Source: the human T2T-CHM13v2.0 reference genome, Homo sapiens
DNA: 64,000 bases
Reading direction: 5' to 3' (one strand)
Assembly (NCBI RefSeq): GCF_009914755.1
Contig: NC_060933.1
Part shown: positions 12,564-29,619 of the stretch, in pieces
Numbering within the stretch: the stretch's first letter is position 1
How the letters are laid out: each line of letters begins with the position of its first letter
The notes under the pieces: model-generated
The model's database searches: none
The model's input: only the letters and a program-made list of their open reading frames with translations
What the model was told of the DNA's origin: nothing
Translations under genes and position numbers: made by a program

Positions 12564-14580
12564 CCACAGTTTCTTTATCCACTCATTGATTGATGGGCAT
12601 TTGGGTTGGTTCCATGATTTGGCAATTGTGAATTGTGCTGCTATAAACATGCGGGTGAAAATATCTTTTTGGAATAATTACTTCTTTTCCTCTGGGTGGA
12701 TACCCAGTAGTGGGATTGCTGGATCCAATGGTAGTTCTACTTTTACTTCTTTTAGAAATCTCTACAGTTTTCCACAGTGGCTGTACTAGTTTACATTCCC
12801 ACCAGCAGCGTGGAAGAGTTCCCTGGTCACCACATCAATGCCAACACTGACTGTTTTTTGATTTTTTTATTATGGCCATTCTTGCAGGAGTAAGTTGGTA
12901 TCACGTCGTGGTTTTGATTTCCCTGATCATTAGTGATGTTGAGCATTTTTTCATATGTTTGTTGGCCATTTGTATAACTTCTTTTGGGAATCGTGTATTC
13001 ATGTCCTTAGCCCACTTTTTGATGGGATTGTTTGTTTTTTTCTAACTGATTCATTTGAGTTTATTGTAGATTCTGGATATTAGTTCTTTGTCAGGTGTAT
13101 AGATTGTGAAGACTTTCTCCCACTCTGTGGGTTTTTTCTTTACTCTGCTGACTGTTCCTTTTGCTGTGAAAAGGCTCTTTAATTAGGTTCCAGCTACTTA
13201 TCTTTGTTTTTATTGCATTTGCTTTTGGGTTCTTGGTCATGAAATCCTTGCCTAAGGCAATGTTTAAAGGGTTTTTCCAGTGTTATCTTCTAGAATTTTT
13301 AATTTTCAGGTCTGAGGTTTAAGTCCTTAATCCATCTTGAGTTGATTTTTATATAAGGTGAGAGACAAGGATCCAGTTTCATTCTCCTACATGTGGCTAG
13401 CCAATTATCCCAGCACCATTTGTTGAAAAGGGTGTCCTTTCCCCACTTTGTTTTTGTTTGCTTTGTTGAAGATCAGTTGGCTGTAAGTATTTAGGTTCAT
13501 TTCTGGGTTCTCTATTCTGTTCCACTGGTCTATGTGCCTATTTTTATACCAGTACTACACTGTTTTGGTGACTATGGGCTTATAGTATAGTTTGAAATCA
13601 GGTAGAGTGTTGCCTCCAGATTTGTTCTTTTTGCTTAGTCTTGCTTTGGCTGTGTGGGCTCTTTTTTGGTTCCATATGAATGTTAGAATTGTTTTTCCTA
13701 ATTCTGTAAAGAATGATGGTGGTATTTTGATGAGGATTGCATTTAATTTGTAGATTGCTTTTGGCGGTATGATCATTTTCATATTATTGATTCTACCCAT
13801 CTGTGAGCCTGGGATGTGTTTCCATTTGTGTCATCTATGATTTCTTTCAGCAGTGTTTTATAATTTTCCTCATAGAGGTTTTTTTACTCCTTGGTTAGAT
13901 ATATTCCTAAGTATTTTATTTTCTTTGCAGCTGTTGTAAAAGAGGTTGAGTTCTTGATTTGATTCTCCACTTGATTGCTGTTCGTGTATAGAAGAGCTAC
14001 TGACTCGTGTACATTAATCATGTATCTGGAAAACATTGCTAAATTCTTTCATCAGTTCTAGGAGCTTTTTGGAGGAATCTTTAGGGTTTTCAAGGTAAAC
14101 AACCATATTGTCAGCAAACAGTTACAGCTTGACTTCCTCTTTACTGATTTGGATGCCCTTTCTTTCTTTCTCTTGTCAGATTGTTCTCACTAGGACTTCC
14201 AGTACTATGTTGAAGAGGAGTGGTGAGAGTGGGCGTCCTTGTCTTGTTTCAGTTCTCAGAGGGAATGCTTTCAAATTTTCTGCATTCAGTATTATGTTGG
14301 CTGTGGGTTTGTCATAGATGGCTTTTGTTACATTAAGGAATGTTCCTTGTATGCCAATTTTGCTGAGAGTTTTAATCATAAAGAGATACTGGATTTTGTC
14401 AAATGCTTTTTCTGCATCTATTGAGATGATCATGTGATTTTTTGTTTTTAATTCTGTTTATGTGGTATATCACATTTATTGACTTGAATATGTTAAACCA
14501 TCCTTGCATCCCTCATATGAAATCCACTTGATCATGGTGGATTATCTTTTGTTTTTTTTTGTTTTTTTTTTTGTTTTTTT

Positions 14581-15165
14581 CCTATGCTTTTCTCATTTAT
14601 AATTGAAGTCTACTAGATAACATTTTTTATTTTAAATTATATTCTTAACATTGTGTTGGACTCATTTTTCTGCATTAAAAAATTCCACCAATATATGTTT
14701 TTCAAACGCCTTTATATAACCTTTTAATGATTAAAAAAAAAACAATACTGAACACACTAGAAACAGGAGGGAGTATCTTCACATGATTAAGGGCAGTTGT
14801 GAAATACCCACAGCTGACATCATACTTAATGGTAGAAGACTGAAAACCCCTCGCTAAGATCAGGAGCATGGTAAGGATGTCCATTCTCCCAACTTTAGCT
14901 GGAGGTTCTAGCTAAGGCAATTGGGCTTGGAAAAGAATTAAAAGGCATTCAGTTTGAGAAGAAAAATGTAAAACATCTCTATTTTTAGATGACACAATTG
15001 TATAGTTGTATACAATTATGTTTTATTTTATATTGCTATATTTTTATGGAAAACTGGTGATAAACCTAAAAACATTTTTAAATTAAATTTAATTTAATTT
15101 ATTAAAAATATTTCCTGAATATTTTAATAATGTATTTTTTCAATTGTGTATCGGTTTAAAACTTT
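14581..15165 (-). other. L1-mediated 3' transduced segment (~0.6 kb) containing an older plus-strand L1M ORF2 fragment (~14730-15000)
   Basis: Lies between the L1PA 3' end and the poly(T)/TSD and does not continue the L1PB host. The host sequence resumes exactly after the second TSD copy. Confidence 0.88.
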
Positions 15166-15388
15166 TTGTTAAATTTAATTGTTATTATACTTTGAGTTTT
15201 AGGGTACATGTGCACAATGTGCAGGTTTGTTACATATGTATACATGTGCCATGTTGGTGTGCTGCACCCATTAACTCATCATTTAGCATTAGGTATATCT
15301 CCTAATGCTATCCCTCCCCCCTCCCCCCACCCCACAACAGTCCCTGGAGTGTGATGTTCCCCCTCCTGTGTCCAAGTGTTCTCATTGT

Positions 15389-19222
<3,834 letters not shown>

Positions 19223-19285
19223 TATGATGTTATCTGGTTATTTTGCTCGTTAGTTGATGTAGTTTCTTCCTAGCCTTGATGGTCT

Positions 19286-20304
19286 TTAGAATTTGGCATG
19301 TTTTTGCAGTGGCTGGTACTGGTTGTTCCTTTCCATGTTTAGTGCTTCCTTCAGGAGCTCTTGTAGGGCAGGCCTAGTGGTGACAAAATCTCTCAGAATT
19401 TACTTGTCTGTAAAGTATTTTATTTCTCCTTCACTTATGAAGCTTAGTTTGGCTGGATATGAAATTCTGGGTTGAAAATTCTTTTCTTTAAGAATGTTGA
19501 ATATTGGCCCCCACTCTATTCTGGCTTGTAGAGTTTCTGCTGAGAGATCTGCTGTTAGTCTGATGGGCTTCCCTTTGTGGGTAACCCGCCCTTTCTCTCT
19601 GGCCGCCCTTAACATTTTTTCCTTCATTTCAACTTTGGTGTATCTGACAATTATGTGTCTTGGAGTTGCTCTTCTTGAGGAGTATCTTTGTGGCATTCTC
19701 TGTATTTCCTGAATCTGAATGTTGGCCTGCCTTGCTAGATTGGGGAAATTCTCCTGGATAATATCCTGCAGTGTGTTTTCCAACTTGGTTCCATTCTCCC
19801 CGTCACTTTCAGGTACACCAATCAGACATAGATTTGGTCTTTTCACATAGTATTATATTTCTTGGAGGCTTTGTTCATTTCTTTTTATTCTTTTTTTCTC
19901 TAAACTTCCCTTCTCACTTCATTTCATTCATTTCATCTTTCATCACTGATACCCTTTCTTCCAGTTGATCACATCAACTCCTGAGGCTTCTGCATTCTTC
20001 ACGTAGTTCTTGAGCCTTGGCTTTCAGCTCCACCTGCTCCTTTAAGGACTTCTCTGCATTGGTTATTCTAGTTATCCATTCATCTAATTTTTTTTTCACA
20101 GTTTTTAACTTCTTTTCCATTGGTTTGATTTTCCTCCTGTAGCTCTGAGTAGTTTGATCGTCTGAAGCCTTCTTCTCTCAACTTGTCAAAGTCATTCTCC
20201 ATCCAGCTTTGTTCCATTGCTGTTGAGGAGCTGCGTTCCTTTGGAGGGGGAGAGGTACTCTGCTTTTTAGAGTTTCCAGTTTTTCTGCTCTGTTTTGTCC
20301 CCAT
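19286..20304 (-). pseudogene. L1 ORF1p, disrupted
   Basis: MGTKQSRKTGNSKKQS N-terminus plus the RRM/CTD piece (KRPNLCLIGVPESDGENGTKLENTLQDIIQENFPNL); frame broken in the coiled coil. Confidence 0.92.
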
Positions 20305-21342
20305 CTTTGTGGTTTTATCTACTTTTGGTCCTTGATGATGTTGACGTACGAAGGGTTTTTGTGTGGATGTCCTTTCTGTTTGTTAGTTTTCCTTCTAACA
20401 GACAGGACCCCCAGCTGCAGGTCTGTTGGAGTTTGCTAGAGGTCCACTCCAGACCCTGTTTGCCTGAGTATCAGCAGCGGTGGCTGCAGAGTAGCAATGG
20501 CTGTAGGACAGCAGATCTTGGTGAACTGCAAATGCTGCTGCCTGATTGTTCCTCTGGAAGTTTTGTCTTAGAGGAGTACCCGGCCGTGTGAGGTGTCAGT
20601 CTGCTGCTACTGGGGGTGCCTCCCAGTTAGGCTGCTCGGGGATCAGGGACCCACTTGAGGAGGCAGTCTGCCCGTTCTCAGATCTCCAGCTTAATGCTGA
20701 GAGAACCACTACTCTCTTCAAAGCTGTCAGACAGGGACATTTAAGTCTGCAGAGTTTACTGCTGTCTTTTAGTTTGTCTGTGCCCTGCCCCCAGAGGTGG
20801 AGCCTACAGAGGCAGGCAGGCCTCCTTGAGCTGTGGTGGGCTCCACCCAGTTCGAGCTTCCCAGCTGCTTTGTTTACCTAATCAAGCCTGGGCAATGGCA
20901 GACGCCCCTCCCCCAGCCTCGCTGCCGCCTTGCAGTTTGATCTCAGACTGCTGTGCTAGCAATCAGTGAGACTCCATGGGCACCCTCTGAGCCAGGTGCA
21001 GGATATAATCTCCTGGTGTGCCATTTTTTTAAGCCTGTTGGAAAAGCGCAGTATTAGGGTGGGAGTTACCCGATTTTCCAGGTGCCGTCTGTCACCCCTT
21101 TCTTTGACTAGGAAAGGGAACTCCCTGACCCCTTCTGCTTCCCGAGTGAGGCAATGCCTCACCCTGCTTCGGGTCACGCACTGTGTGCTGCACCCAGTGT
21201 CCTGCACCCACTGTCTGGCACTCCCTAGTGAGATGAACCCGGTACCTCAGATGGAAATGCAGAAATCACCCATCTTCTGCATCGCTCACGCTGGGAGCTG
21301 TAGACCAGAGCTATTCCTATTTGGCCATCTTGGCTCCGCCCC
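20305..21342 (-). promoter_or_regulatory. L1PA 5'UTR with sense and antisense promoters; retains the ~129-bp segment lost in L1PA2/L1HS; ORF0 truncated
   Basis: Segment GTTTGCTAGAGGTCCACTCCAGACC...GAGGAGTACCCGG present at ~20431-20580. ORF0 starts at ATG 20895 (+) as MADAPPPASLPPCSLISDCCASNQ and stops at TGA 20967-20969. Confidence 0.8.
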
Positions 21343-24300
21343 TGGATTATCTTTTTGATATGTTGTTGGATTTGGTTAGCTAGTATTTTGTTAAGGATTT
21401 TAACATCTATATTAATCAAGGATGTCAGTCTGTAGTTTTGTTTTTTGGTTATGTCCTTTCCTGGTTTTGGTATTTAGGTGATGCTGGATTCGTAGAATGG
21501 ATTAGGGAGGATTCCTTCTTTAGCTTGTGCAATAGTGTCAAAAGGATTGGTACCAATTCTTTTTTGCATGTCTGGTAGAATTCTGCTGTTAATCTGTCTG
21601 GTTCCTGCCTTTTTTTTGTTGGTAATTTTTAAATTACCATTTCAATCTTGCTGCTGTTATTGGTCTGTTCAGGTATTTAATTCTTCCTGATTTAAGCTAG
21701 GAGGGTTGTATTTTTCGAGGAATTAATCCTTCTATTCTAGGTTTTCTAGTTTATGTGTGTAAAGGTGTTCATAGTACTCTTGAATGATCTTTTGTATTTC
21801 AGTGGTGTCAGTTGTAATGTATCCTGTTTTATTTATTAGTTTATTTGGATTTTCTCTCCTCTTTTTTTAGTTAATCTAGCTAATGGCCTGTCAATTTTAT
21901 TTATCTTTTCAAAGAACCAGCCTTTTGTTTCATTTATCTTTTGTATTTTATTTGTTTCAATTTCTTTTAGCTCTGCTCTGATCTTGGCTATTTTCTTCTG
22001 CTGGGTTTGGGTTTGGTTCATTCTTATTTCTCTAGTTCCTTGAGGTGTGACCTTAGAATGTCAGTTTGTACTCTTTTCATCTTTTTGATGTAGGCATTTA
22101 AGTCTATGAACTTTCTTTTTAGTACTGCCTTTGCTGTATCCCAGAGGTTTGGGTAGGTTGTGTCATTATTTTTGGTCAGTTTGAAGAATTTTTAAATTTC
22201 CATTTTGATTTCATTTTTGACCCAATGCTCATTCAGGAGCAGGTGATTTAATTTCCATGTTCTTGCATGGTTTGAAGTTTTCTTTTAGAGTTGATTTTCA
22301 GTTTTATTCCACTGTGGTCTGAGAGAGTGTTTGATATAATTTCAATTTTCTTAAATTTATTGAGGCTCATTTGATGACCCATAATATGGTCCATCTTGGA
22401 GAACATTCCATATGCTGTTGAATAGAATGTGTATTCTGCAGTTGTTGGATGAAATGTTCTGTATATATCTGTTAAGTCCATTTGTTTCAGCGTGTAGTTT
22501 AAATTCGTTGTTTCTTTGTTCACTTTCTGTCTTGATGACCTGCCTAGTGCTGTCAATGGAGGATTGAAGTCCCCCACTATTATTGTGTTGCTGTCTATCT
22601 CATTTCTTAGGTCTATTAGTAATTGTTTTATAAATTTGGGATCTCCAGTGTTAGGTGCATATATGTTTAAGATTGTGATATTTTCCTGTTAGACAAGGGG
22701 TTTTACCATTATATACTGTCCCTCTTTGTCTCTTTTAACTGCCGTGGCTTTAAAGTTTGTTTTGTCTCATATAAGAATACCCCTGCTAGCTTTTGGTGTC
22801 CATTTGCATGAAATCCCTTTTTCCACCCTCTTTAAGTTTATATGAGTCCTCATGTGTTAGGTGAGTCTCTTGAAGGCAGCAGATAGTTGGTTGTTGAGTT
22901 CTTATCCATTATGGAATTGTGTCTTTTAATTGGAGCATTTAGGCCATTTACATTCAATATTAGTATTGAAATGTGAGGTACCATTGCTTTCATCATGCTC
23001 TTTGTTGCCTGTGTACTTTGGTTTTGTTTTTTGTTTTTTATTTCTGCTTTTTAACTTGTATTTTTGTTTTATAGGTCCTGTATGATTTATGCTTTAAAGA
23101 GGTTCTGCTTTGATGTGTTTCCAGAATTTGTTTCAAGATTTAGAGCTCCTTTTAATGGCTCTTGTAGTGATGTTTTGGTAATGGCGAATTTTCTCAGTAT
23201 TTGTCTGAAAAAGACTATATCTTTCTTTTAAATATGATGCTTGTTTTCACTGGATACAACGTTCTTGGCTGATAATAGTTTTGTTTGAGCAGGCTGAAGA
23301 TAGGGCTCAGATCCTTTCTGGCTTTGCAGAGTTTCTGCTGAGAATTCTGCCATTAATCTGATAGGCTTTCCTTTACAGATTACCTGGTTTTTCTGTCTCA
23401 CAGCACTTAAGATTCTTTTCTTCATCTTAACTTTGGATAACATGATGACAATGTGCCTGGGTGATGATCTTTTTGAAATGAATTTTCCAGGTGTTCTTTG
23501 TGCTTCTTGTATTTGGCTTCTAGGTCTCTAGCAAGACTGGGGAAGTTTTCCTCAATTATTCCCCCAAATATGTTTTCTAAGTCTTTAGAATTCTCTTCTT
23601 CAGGAACACCAATTATTCTTAGGTTTGGTCACTTAACATAATCCCAGTCTTCTTGGAGGCTTTGTTCATGTTTTCTTATTTTTTTCTTTGTCTTTGTTGG
23701 ATTGGGTTAATTCGAAGACCTCATCTTCTAGCTCTGAATTTCCTTCTTCTATTTGTTCAATTCTATTGCTGAGACTTTCCAGAGTGTTTTGCATTTCTAA
23801 AAGTGTATCCAAAGTTTTCTGAATTTTTGATTTTTTTTTCTTTAAGCTATCTATTTTCTTGACTATTTCTCCCTTTATGTCTTGTATCGTTTTTTGGATT
23901 TCCTTGCATTGGGCTTCACCTTTCTCTGGTGCCTCTTTGATTAGCTTCATATTTTTATTAAGCTGATTATTTTTCAGGTAAATCAGGGATTTATTCTTGG
24001 TTTGGATCCATTGCTGGTGAACTAGTATGATTTTTTTGAGGGTGTTAAAGAGACTTGTTGGTTTTCTGAGCTTTTCAGAGTTGGCTTTCCGGTTCCTTCT
24101 CATTTGGGTAGGGTCTGTCAAAGGGAAAGTCTAGGGCTGAAGGCTGTTGTTCAGATTCTTTTGTCTCATGGGGTGTTCCCTTGATGTAGTACTCTCCCCC
24201 TTTACTGTGGATGTGGCTTCCTGTGAGCTGAACTGCAGCGATTGTTGTCTGTCTTCTGGGCCTAGCCACCCAGCAAGACTACCCAGCTCCAGGCTGGTAC

Positions 24301-25756
24301 TGCCTGTTGTCTGCACAGAGTCCTGTGATGTGAACTGTCTACGGGACTCTCAGCCATGGATACCAGCACCTGTTCCAGTGGAGGTGGCGAGGGGTGGGCA
24401 ATGGACTCCATGAGGGTCCTTAGCTTTGGTGGTTTAATGCTGTATTTTCGTGTTGGTTGGCCTCTTGCTTGGAGGCGGCACTTTCCAGAGAGCCTCAACT
24501 GTAGTAGTATGGAGAGGGACTGGTGGTGGGCAGGGCCCTAGAGCTCCCAAGATTATATGCCCTTTGTCTTTCCCTACCAGGGTGGATAGGGAAGGACCAT
24601 CAGGTTGGGGCAGGACTAAGTGTGTTTGAGCTCAGACTCTCCTTGGGTGGGTCTTGCTGCAGCTGCTGTGGGGGATGGGGATGAGATTCCCAGGTCACTG
24701 GAGCTGTGTACCTAGGAGGATTATGATTGTCTCTGCTGAGCCATGCAGGTTGTCAGGGAAGTGGGGAAAAGCCAGCAGTCACCAGCCTTACCTAGCTCCC
24801 AGGCAAACTGAAGGGCCGGTCTCACTCCCTCCATGTTCCCAGGTGGAGGGTGAGATAGGCTCCAAAACTTGCTCCAGGCTACCTGCCTCCCGGCTGCGAA
24901 AGAAAAGAACTTGGTTCTCCCCTGAGTCTGCACACCAGATTTGCACCCTCCCCCAAGTTCTGGCCAGGAGGCTTCTCACCCTGTTTAAATTGTTACAAAG
25001 TTCAGCTAGAGATTTCATTCTTCCTGTGGAGTTTTATCCCCTGCACCTCTGACCACCCTCCCGATGGATCCCTGTGGTGCCAGGCAGGAATGGGCTGCCT
25101 GGGGACCCAGCGAGCTCCCAGAGCCTTTCTGCTGCTTCCTCTACCCCTGTATTTAACTCAGGTCTCTAAATTGACTCAGCTCCAGGTAAAGTCGGAAACT
25201 TCTCCCCCAAACAGGCCTTCAGATTCTCCAGTTGTGGTGTGTGTTTGGAAGAGGAGGATCTGCCTTAGGATCTGCCTTTTCCACTTCCTCAGTTGGGACA
25301 CTCACCGTATTTGGGGTGTCTCCCGGGTCCTGCAGGAGCAGTCTGCTTCCTTCAGAGAGTACGTGGGTCCTCTCAGGATTTCTGGTTTGTTCTTGCAGTT
25401 GATCTGGAGCTAAAATTTACAATGTGAGCTTCCGCATGCTGCTCTGTCTGGAGCTGCAATCTAGTCCTGTCTCCCATCCACCATGATGATCCTGATCCCT
25501 CAAAACTAGCATTCTTGATGAATACTCTTCAAAAATCTTGCACGTTAAAGAAAAATCCTAGATTTGTAAAATATATATATATATATACACACCATGTATT
25601 TTAAAAACACACACACATTTTAAAATTTAAAAGTACATAATTTTTTCTATAAACAATTTTTTTTTGCCTTTCTAAACTGACACAGAACATATCTATGGAG
25701 TACAGTGTGATATTGTACATGTTTATAATTTATAACAATCAAATCAGGGTATTTAG

Positions 25757-26170
25757 TTTCACTCGCCTCCATGTGAAGAGACCACCAAACAGGCTTTGTG
25801 TGAGCAACAAGCCTGTTTATTTCACCTGGGGTCAGGTGGGCTGAGTCCAAAAAGAGAGTCAGTGAAGGGAGATAAGGGTGGGGCCATTTTATAAAATTTG
25901 GGTAGGTAAAGGAAAATTACAGTTAAAGGGGCGTTGTTCTCTGGTGGGCAGGAGCGGGGGTCACAAGGTGCTCAGTAGGGGAGCTTTTGAGCCAGGGTGA
26001 GCCAGGAGAAGGAATTTCACAAGATAATGTCATCAGTTAAGGCAGAAACAGGCCATTTTCACTTCTTTTGTGGTAGAATGTCATCAGTTAAGGCAGGAAC
26101 TGGCCATCTGGATGTGTACATGCAGGTCACAGGGGATATGATGGCTTAGCTTGGGCTCAGAGGCCTGACA
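25757..26170 (-). repeat. HERV-H 3' LTR (LTR7 family)
   Basis: Reads TGTCAGGCCTCTGAGCCCAAGCTAAGCC...GTGAAA on minus, preceded by purine tract AAAAGGCAGGAA; TATAAAA and AATAAA present. Confidence 0.96.
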
Positions 26171-26330
26171 TTCCTGCCTTTTATATTAACAAGAAAAATA
26201 AAATGAAATAGTGGTAAAGTGTTGGGACAGCAAAAATTTTTGGGGGTGGTATGGAAAGATAATGGGCGATGTTTCTCAGGGCTGCTTTGCGCGAGATTAG
26301 GGGCGGCATGGGAACCTAGAGTGGGAGAGA

Positions 26331-27887
26331 TTAAGCTGAAGGAAGATTTTGTGGTAAGGGGTGATACTGTGGGGTTGTTAAATGAAACATTTGTCATGTA
26401 GAATTATTGGTGATAGCCTGGATACGGTTTTGTATGAATTGAAAAACTAAACAGAATAAGAGAAGGAGAAAAACAGGTATCAAAGGACTAAGAATTGGGA
26501 GGACCTAGGACATCTAATTAGAGAATGTCCAAGGGGGTTCAGTGTAATTACTTACTTGGTTGGCAAGTTTCTGGGTTCTATCCTTGAGTTTTTTATGTTG
26601 TCATACACCAGGCCAGATTGATTTAGGTAAAAACAACTCTCTTCATTTAAGAATATACAGAGTCTTCCTTTTTCAGCAGTGAGTAAGTCAAGGCCTCAGC
26701 GGTTTTGGAGGACAACTGCAGCTAAAGAGTCAACTTGGGCCTGGAGGACTGATAAAGTTTGTGATATGTCTGTGATGCTAGCAGAGAAGTCATTAGAGAG
26801 GCTACAGAAGGTTGTGACAGAGGTTGAAATGCCTGCTATTTCAGTACTGAGAGCAATAGCGGGGGCAGAAGGTCTTAAACTGACAAGCAAGGGAATTAGT
26901 GGAATAACTCTTTTTTTGTCATGTTGGTGTCATGAGGGGAACAGGGAGCTCTTCAGTCCTATTTGCAAATTGAATTTTGGGAGTAAGGAAAACTAGTGTT
27001 CATGTGCCTGTCCAATTACCAGGTAGACACATGTAGGTAGAGGATACACAGAAGAAGAAGATACCTTGTGTGAGGCAAAACTGGAAATGCAAAGTAAAAA
27101 GATGAGAAGGAGTGCTGAAAGGGGTGTCTTGTACCTAGACTTGTAGGGATGCAGCTAGGGCGGCAGTCATCAGAGGTTGTAATGGGGACTGATAAGTTAA
27201 CTGCATAGAGGGGGAGGTTCGATTTTCATGGTGTGTGAGAAAATGTCAAGAATCTACGAGCAACCTTTCATGTTATTTTTGGGGCTGGGTATAAGTAAAC
27301 AAGAAGAGGGCTTTGGAGATGAAGAGTAAAGGGACATTGAGAAGGTGAAAGGTTACCTAGGGGAATTCCAGTGGGTCTTTGCTGAGAGATACATAAAGGA
27401 GCAGCCAAAGGAATAGTAGTTTATGTTGTGAGAGGTCTGAATATGGGGGGAGTAGAGTTGATATAAGGAGAAAGGTTTTTTAAGTAAGTGCGGAGGAGGG
27501 CGGCAGCTTGCTGATGTGATATGTTTGGGGAGGTCTTGCTGGGCCTGTCTAGAAAGTAAATGAGTTCTTCAGGAGGGTAAAGGTGAGGGCTGTTAAAGGA
27601 AGTTTGGAGGTGTAGGAGACAGGAGATGTTGCCTAGTCTGCATGTAAGGCGGGGACAGCTGTGTAGGCACTGGAAGAAAGGGAAATGCAAAGCCAGTGGT
27701 TGTTCACTAAGGAGGGATTATAAATGGCTAGGATAGAATGAGTAAGGTTGATAGTGTGATGGAGATAGCTGGAGAGAGGTAGAGGGTGGCATAAGAATGG
27801 GAATGAGAATAAGAGTGAGTATAAAAGTAAAGAATAGAACTTCATCAGGGTAAAAGTATTGGAGGGTTCCCTGTGAGCAAAGATCAT
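26331..27887 (-). pseudogene. env: HERV-H env, mostly retained but with stops, frameshifts and a ~200-nt SU deletion
   Basis: MIFAHREPSNTFTLMKFYSLLLYSLLFSFPFLCHPLP signal region and CWLC-equivalent HWLC. TM ...[22 protein letters not shown] (immunosuppressive domain with stop). Ends ...PQYHPLPQNLPSA*. Confidence 0.9.
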
Positions 27888-27899
27888 CTATCCACTCTA

Positions 27900-29230
27900 A
27901 GAGGGAGTTAAGAGTTGCCAGTCCTGGGCAGGGGCAAATCCTCGAGCTTGATGTGTAGGGAATGGAGGGGGCCTGAATAATCCCGGAGGAGTAGTAGAAT
28001 AGCAGATGGAACACTGAGAAGTTATTTCCTTGAGGATAGATTTCCACCATGGAAAGGAAATGAGAGGTTCTAAGAGGTGGGCTGGTGGCTTCTACTATAG
28101 CATAGTCTGGCTTTGCTGGTGTGTGGTGATTAGGCCTGTTGGAACTACCATCAATAAACCAAGTGTGTTCAGGGTGTGGAACAGGAAAGAAGGAAATATG
28201 GGGAAATAGGGTGAATGTCAGGTGGATCAGAGAGATACAGTCATAGGGGTCAGGTGTGGTATCTGGAATACTGTGGGAGGCTGGATTGAAGTCTGGGCCA
28301 GGAACAATGGTAATTGTGGGAGACTCAACAAAGAGTGAGTATAGCTGAAGGAGCCAGGGAGCAGAAAGTCAGGTGGGAGAAAGAAAATAGATTTTGGAAG
28401 TTATGAGAACTGTAGAGAGTGAGTTGAGCATAGTTTGTGATTTTTTGGGCCTCTAAAAGTATTAAAGCAGTGGCAGCCACTGCATATAGACATGAGGGCT
28501 AGGCTAAAACAGTAAGGTCAAGTTGTTTGGACAGAAAGGCTACAGGGTGCAGCCCCGGCTCTTGTGCAAGAATTCTGACTGCACTAACCATGCCTAGGAA
28601 GGAAAGGAGTTGTTGTTTTGTAGAAGGGATTGGGGTTTGGGAGATTAGCCGGACATGATCAGCAGGGAGAGCACGTATGTTTTTATGAGAATTATGCCGA
28701 GATAGGTAACAGATGAGGAAGAAATGTGGGCTTGACTGAAGTAAGGGCGGCTGTCAGTGAAGCCTTGAGGCAGGACAGCCCAGGTAATTTGCTGAGCCTG
28801 ATGGGTGTCAGGGTCAGTCCAAGTGAAAGTGAAGAGAGGCTGGGATGAAGAGTGCAAAGGAATAGTAAAGAAAGCATGTTTGAGATCCAGAACAGAATAA
28901 TGGATTGTGGAGAGAGGTATTGAGGATAGGAGAGTATATGGGTTTGGCACCATGCAGTGGATAGGCAAAACAATTTGGTTGATAAGGTGCAGATCCTGAA
29001 CTAACCTATAAGCCTTGTCTGGTTTTAGGAGAGGTAAAATGCGGGAATTGTAAGGGGAGTTTATAGGCTTTAAAAGGCCATGCTGTAGCAGGCAAGTGAT
29101 AACAGACTTTAATCCTTTTAAAGCCTGCTGTAGGATGGGATATTGGCATTGAGTGGGGTAAGGGTGATTAGGTTTTAATGGGATAGTAAAGGGTGCATGA
29201 TCGGTCACTAAGGAGGGAGTAGAGGTGTCC
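27900..29230 (-). pseudogene. pol: HERV-H pol remnant with large deletions (RT catalytic motif absent)
   Basis: YRLVQDLHLIN...LDLKHAFFTIPL...WAVLPQGFTDS, then YFSQA joined directly to ISSSSVTYLG with no YxDD. Confidence 0.88.
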
Positions 29231-29610
29231 TATACTTGTAGGTTAAGGTGGGGAGACACAAGGCAAGGATGTGAAGGAGGCTTTGAACTGGGGGAAAAGG
29301 CAGCAATGAGGTGTGGCTTTAGCCCAGGAATAGTCAGGGAAGCAGATAATTTAGTTAAAATGTCTTGGCCTAAGAAGGGAACTGGGCAGGTGGGGATAAC
29401 TAAAAAGGAGTGCTTAAAAGAGCATTGTGTAAGTTGGCACCAGAGTTGGGGAGTTTTAAGAGGTTTAGAAGTCTGGCCGTCAGTACCCACAACAGTTGTG
29501 GAGGCATGGGAAGCAGGCCCTTGAAAAGAAGGTAATGTGGCGTGGGTAGCCTCCGTATTGATTAAAAAAGGGATGGACTTACCCTCCACTGTGAGAGTTA
29601 CCCAGAGCAT
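29230..29610 (-). pseudogene. pro: HERV-H protease remnant
   Basis: VTLTVEGKSIPFLINTEATHATL (DTGA motif altered) ... PFLGQDILTKL. Confidence 0.85.
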
Positions 29611-29619
29611 CTGTGATGG

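Noticed and set aside
26331-27887. Co-opted syncytin-like env gene
   Set aside because: Multiple stops and frameshifts, an SU deletion and a stop inside the immunosuppressive domain; the longest open piece is under 100 codons.
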